A DNA stretch of 10,661 nt from Candidatus Thorarchaeota archaeon (GTDB taxonomy: Archaea > Asgardarchaeota > Thorarchaeia > Thorarchaeales > Thorarchaeaceae): NCBI GenBank assembly GCA_003345595.1, contig PRDI01000010.1, positions 1-10,661 on the forward strand, read 5' to 3'. Of the stretch, positions 7,385 through 10,661 are shown piece by piece; position 1 is the stretch's first letter, and each line of letters opens with the position of its first letter. The notes under the pieces were generated by a model. That model had not been told where the DNA came from and did no database searches. It worked only from the letters and a program-made list of their open reading frames with translations. Made by a program: the position numbers and the translations under genes.

Positions 7385-7405
7385 GGAACATCATTTCACG
7401 GTCAC

Positions 7406-10171
7406 ATGGGGAAGATCATGAAATCACGATTAGTCTTATTCCTTCTACCACTGGTCTTCTTCTCGTCCTTGTTAGTCACGCCAATCGTAGGGCCCAATAC
7501 TTCGATTGCGGGGTCTGACATGGGTCAGGAGAAACCGTCAATAAACACGTCTGTGTTCATGGAACCAGCATCCGCTACTCCACGCACAGTACGTGTCGCA
7601 ATATACAACGAAACTGATGTCAGTCTGCCATCGTACGCGACCGTAGGCATGCTTTCAGGCAATGTTTCGAGTGTCCAGACGGTCCTGCAGGCAGCGGGTC
7701 ACCAAGTCACGCTGCTCGACATGGAAGACATTCTGAATCATCGTCTCAAGACCGCATACTATGATGTGTTCATCCTTGTGGACAACCTGCCTCGCGATGC
7801 CATAGTTGACCAGGTTCAGGAGTTCTGGTTAGGCGGAGGAGGTGTCCTCAGCCTCGACAGCGCCATCAGCTATCTGTGCTATGCCGGGATGATTCCGCCA
7901 GAGTCCGAAGGAAGTGAGAACTACCATGTCTATTGGGACTATGTCGCGTCCTCTCAGCAAGTGGTCTATGCAAGACACCCAGTAACGAAGTCGTACAAGG
8001 TCGATGATATCTTCGCAGATTCATTCGACTGGGGTGCATTCAACTGGACCGCACTCATGGCGACATCGATCAGCGGCGAACTTGTCAGACTCATTACCAC
8101 CGCAGCTTCATCCACCTGGGCAAATGGTGTAGCACACGATCCAGCGGCAAGAGGTGGTCGTGTCGTCCATCTGTTCACCGACGCACAGCCTCTCCTTGAG
8201 GTCGAGAAAGCATTGATCGTTGATGCGGTTGACTGGCTTTGTCCTCGGGTCAAGGGTAGAGTCCTGTTCGACCTCACGCATGAGGCGTGGTATGGCGTTG
8301 ATGATTGGGACGCCCCCGTCCACTTCGCGGGTCGATACTCAATCTGGCGAAATGATCTTGTTGCAGACAGGTATACGTTCGATAAGCTCTATCCCTCGGC
8401 AAGCGGAAATCTGACTGCTGAGAACCTCGCCCCATATGACCTACTGGTCGTTGTGCTTCCAGGAATCAACTTCACCGCTGCAGAGGTCACGGCGGTTCAT
8501 CAGTGGGTAAATGCAGGGAATGGTCTTCTTGCTCTTGGAGACAACCCCTCACTGACGCAGGAGAACGGGAGACTGAATTACTTGCTGTCCTTCTCGGGTC
8601 TATGGATGAATCGCACCCTGTCTGGCTCTGACTCTGCCTCATACCACACTGTGCATCCGACCATCGAATCGTGCAGTGTACTCAGCTTTAACGGACCCGG
8701 TCTGGTCAATTACTCCGGCGATGCATATCCGATTTGGGGTAATGCTGCGAATTCCATCATAGTTGCAGGCCAGGAGCTGGACAATGGTCGCATCATTCTT
8801 GCGGGCGACATCAACTTCTTGGCCAACACCTGGATAATCGGAGCAAACAATGAAGTATATGGCATCAACCTTGTCAACTGGCTCACCTCAAGCAGAGCAA
8901 GGACACTCCTGTACACTGACGAGTATTACTCGTACAGTCCCTACAGGACCCCTGTTGCGGATGCGCTGAATGACCTTGGCTTGAGATTCTATCTGACTGG
9001 GTCCTCCAGCTACTTCAACCTGTCACTGAACATGGGCGACTGGGACTTGATCGTAGTGGACATTGCGACTTCCGGCTGGTCAGGTACTCCAGAGTATTAC
9101 GTGGAAGTAGCCGATTATGTTTCAGGAGGCGGACGACTCGTGATGTGTGATTATGAGGTCGACTCCGTACCGGGCAGCCCCCTGTGGCCTCTACTGGGTT
9201 TCTCATTCCTGCAGGACATGCCCGACGAGGCTGTTCTTTCCATATGGTCTCATGACCATCCCATTTTCACAACGCCGAATGACTACAGTGCACCAGAGTT
9301 CGTGCCGGGCGGCCTTTACATGGATGATGGAGACCTGCTCACTGTTCATCCGAACGCGACTCCTGTGGCAGGCTATATTCATATCCCGGACCAGGCAGCG
9401 ATTGTCGTACGTAACGACGGACGCACGATCTACAACGGTTACATTCTGGATCAGTTCCAAAGAGACTTTGACGACTCAACCTACATGGACTCCATCGAGA
9501 TCTGGGAGAACGAGATCGCCTTTGTGATGGGGCCCCAAGTAGACAGTCCGGCGGACATTGCATTCGAAGCAGGCACGGTTGGCCACTCAATCAACTGGCA
9601 TCCGACAAGCTATGCCCCAGCCTCTTTCGCCATCGAGCGGAATGGAGTTCCTGTGGCATTTGGGCCGTGGGATGGGTCATCAATCACGAGGAGTGTAGAC
9701 ATGCTAGCCCCTGGCCACTACACCTACAGGCTCACTGTCGAGGACAAGGCTGGTCTTATGATGTCAGATACCGTGGTGGTCACGGTGGCTGACACGACTG
9801 CTCCCGCACTAGACAGCCCTTCTGATTTCAGCTATGTTGCCGGTGCAACAGGCCAATCAATCACTTGGAATGGCACAGAGCTGTATCCAGCTACGTTCGA
9901 GATTCTGGGCAACGGAACTGTCGTCGACTCAGGGACTTGGGATGGATCCGCAATCACTGTCAGCGTTGATGGTCTGGCAGTCGGGTCATGGACCTACACG
10001 CTTGTCGTAGTTGATCAGAGCGGCAACTTCGCCATGGACAGCGTTGTAGTCACGGTGACGCCGAGCGGCTTCAGTCTGCCCGGAGGTATCCTGACTCTAC
10101 TCCTCATCACTGCTGCAGCTGTTGGCTGGCTTCTTGCTCTGGTACTTGTGGTGAAGCGTGCCAAGTCATAG
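7406..10171 (+). CDS. Membrane-anchored extracellular glycoprotein: signal peptide, three class-I-GATase-like (GIFT/DUF4350-type) domains, two Ig-like repeats, C-terminal TM helix
   Basis: 921-aa ORF with a basic N-terminus plus hydrophobic stretch (the start could be ATG 7418). It has repeated YD(V/L)hhh...GGG-hh motifs and two 85-aa beta-rich repeats, and ends in the hydrophobic helix ILTLLLITAAAVGWLLALVLVV plus KRAKS. I counted 13 N-x-S/T sequons. The ORF is secure; its function is unknown. Confidence 0.85.
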   Translation: MGKIMKSRLVLFLLPLVFFSSLLVTPIVGPNTSIAGSDMGQEKPSINTSVFMEPASATPRTVRVAIYNETDVSLPSYATVGMLSGNVSSVQTVLQAAGHQVTLLDMEDILNHRLKTAYYDVFILVDNLPRDAIVDQVQEFWLGGGGVLSLDSAISYLCYAGMIPPESEGSENYHVYWDYVASSQQVVYARHPVTKSYKVDDIFADSFDWGAFNWTALMATSISGELVRLITTAASSTWANGVAHDPAARGGRVVHLFTDAQPLLEVEKALIVDAVDWLCPRVKGRVLFDLTHEAWYGVDDWDAPVHFAGRYSIWRNDLVADRYTFDKLYPSASGNLTAENLAPYDLLVVVLPGINFTAAEVTAVHQWVNAGNGLLALGDNPSLTQENGRLNYLLSFSGLWMNRTLSGSDSASYHTVHPTIESCSVLSFNGPGLVNYSGDAYPIWGNAANSIIVAGQELDNGRIILAGDINFLANTWIIGANNEVYGINLVNWLTSSRARTLLYTDEYYSYSPYRTPVADALNDLGLRFYLTGSSSYFNLSLNMGDWDLIVVDIATSGWSGTPEYYVEVADYVSGGGRLVMCDYEVDSVPGSPLWPLLGFSFLQDMPDEAVLSIWSHDHPIFTTPNDYSAPEFVPGGLYMDDGDLLTVHPNATPVAGYIHIPDQAAIVVRNDGRTIYNGYILDQFQRDFDDSTYMDSIEIWENEIAFVMGPQVDSPADIAFEAGTVGHSINWHPTSYAPASFAIERNGVPVAFGPWDGSSITRSVDMLAPGHYTYRLTVEDKAGLMMSDTVVVTVADTTAPALDSPSDFSYVAGATGQSITWNGTELYPATFEILGNGTVVDSGTWDGSAITVSVDGLAVGSWTYTLVVVDQSGNFAMDSVVVTVTPSGFSLPGGILTLLLITAAAVGWLLALVLVVKRAKS
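9533..10057 (+). repeat. Intragenic tandem duplication of two Ig-like domains (270-nt period)
   Basis: aa 710-794 and 800-884 align without gaps, 44/85 identical by hand count (P..DSP.D....G..G.SI.W...WDGS.I..SVD.L..G..TY.L.V.D..G...D.VVVTV). AGACAG recurs at 9541 and 9811. Confidence 0.9.
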
Positions 10172-10180
10172 TAGATACTC

Positions 10181-10225
10181 AGGCGCAGCCCGACAACTAG
10201 GGGGCTGCCCCTCCTCTTTTTCTTC
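10181..10225 (+). terminator. Intrinsic terminator-like hairpin with pyrimidine/T tract
   Basis: Stem AGG-C-GCAGCCC (10181-10191) / GGGCTGC-C-CCT (10202-10212) with a 10-nt loop, followed by CCTCTTTTTCTTC. It starts about 10 nt after the stop at 10171, between convergent genes. Confidence 0.7.
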
Positions 10226-10310
10226 TGAATCTCAGCATCTTACGTCTTTGCAGCTGCGTCACCGCACGACGTCTGCACCATCGTGGCGGGCTCCTATGGT
10301 CAGTGCGCTC

Positions 10311-10661
10311 TCACTTGGCCTGTCTGTTCTTGAGAAACCTAAAGAAAGACCTGACGCTACGTGGCCGAATATGGAGCGCAGGAACTCCCTTCATGTACTC
10401 TCTATATGAGCTCCCGAACCTGGCGATGAGCTCCTTCTCCTCTCGCGCTATGTGCAGTCTAAGCAGGGCATAGACGATGATGAACATCAGAATTGAATAC
10501 ACTGAGCATCTGAACACAAGTCCGGCAGCCCCCATCAGTGTGACCGCGAAGTACGCTGGGTGTCGCAGAATCGAGTAGATTTCGTGCTGTTGTACCTCTG
10601 ATTCTTCTGGGAAATACAAGTACACGACAGTCATGTAGTCAATGCCAAAGGTGAGAAGAGC
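10311..10661 (-). CDS. Isoprenylcysteine carboxyl methyltransferase / phospholipid methyltransferase (ICMT/PEMT) family membrane protein, 5'-truncated by the window edge
   Basis: The frame is open to the window end (ALLTFGIDYMTVVYLYFPEE...). Family motifs are IYSILRHPAY, two hydrophobic segments and REEKELIARFGSSYREYMKGVP. Stop is TGA at 10311-10313. Confidence 0.85.
   Translation of the reverse strand, partial: ALLTFGIDYMTVVYLYFPEESEVQQHEIYSILRHPAYFAVTLMGAAGLVFRCSVYSILMFIIVYALLRLHIAREEKELIARFGSSYREYMKGVPALHIRPRSVRSFFRFLKNRQAK

Noticed and set aside
10249-10277. Hairpin TGCAG..CGTC/GACG..CTGCA as a minus-strand terminator
   Set aside because: The stem is interrupted and has no adjacent T-tract on the minus strand.
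114-10409. Short alternative-frame and antisense ORFs in the ORF track, including 1462-1941 and 10158-10409
   Set aside because: They overlap well-supported genes and show no motifs, consistent with shadow ORFs. ORF 10158-10409 also runs through the terminator.
1-10661. CRISPR array, tRNA/rRNA or transposase
   Set aside because: I saw no regularly spaced direct repeats, cloverleaf or rRNA-like sequence, or transposase motifs.

Overview
This window is probably archaeal, possibly Asgard/Thorarchaeota-like. That is inferred from the surface-protein repeat style and an archaeal-type TATA box, not proven. It holds a bacterial-type nucleotide excision repair cluster with two tandem, translationally coupled uvrA paralogues (the first truncated by the window start), followed by uvrC. 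No uvrB lies in the window. Downstream are a structured 258-nt intergenic region, a 921-aa membrane-anchored surface glycoprotein (three GIFT/DUF4350-like alpha/beta domains plus two Ig-like repeats) with a terminator, and the 3' part of a convergent ICMT/PEMT-family methyltransferase. The most interesting signal is that the two UvrA copies deviate from consensus at different places: ABC signature I, D-loop II, Zn-finger tip, insertion domain and the RKG motif. This suggests a subfunctionalised, possibly heterodimeric damage sensor. All motif comparisons use remembered consensus sequences; no database search was run.
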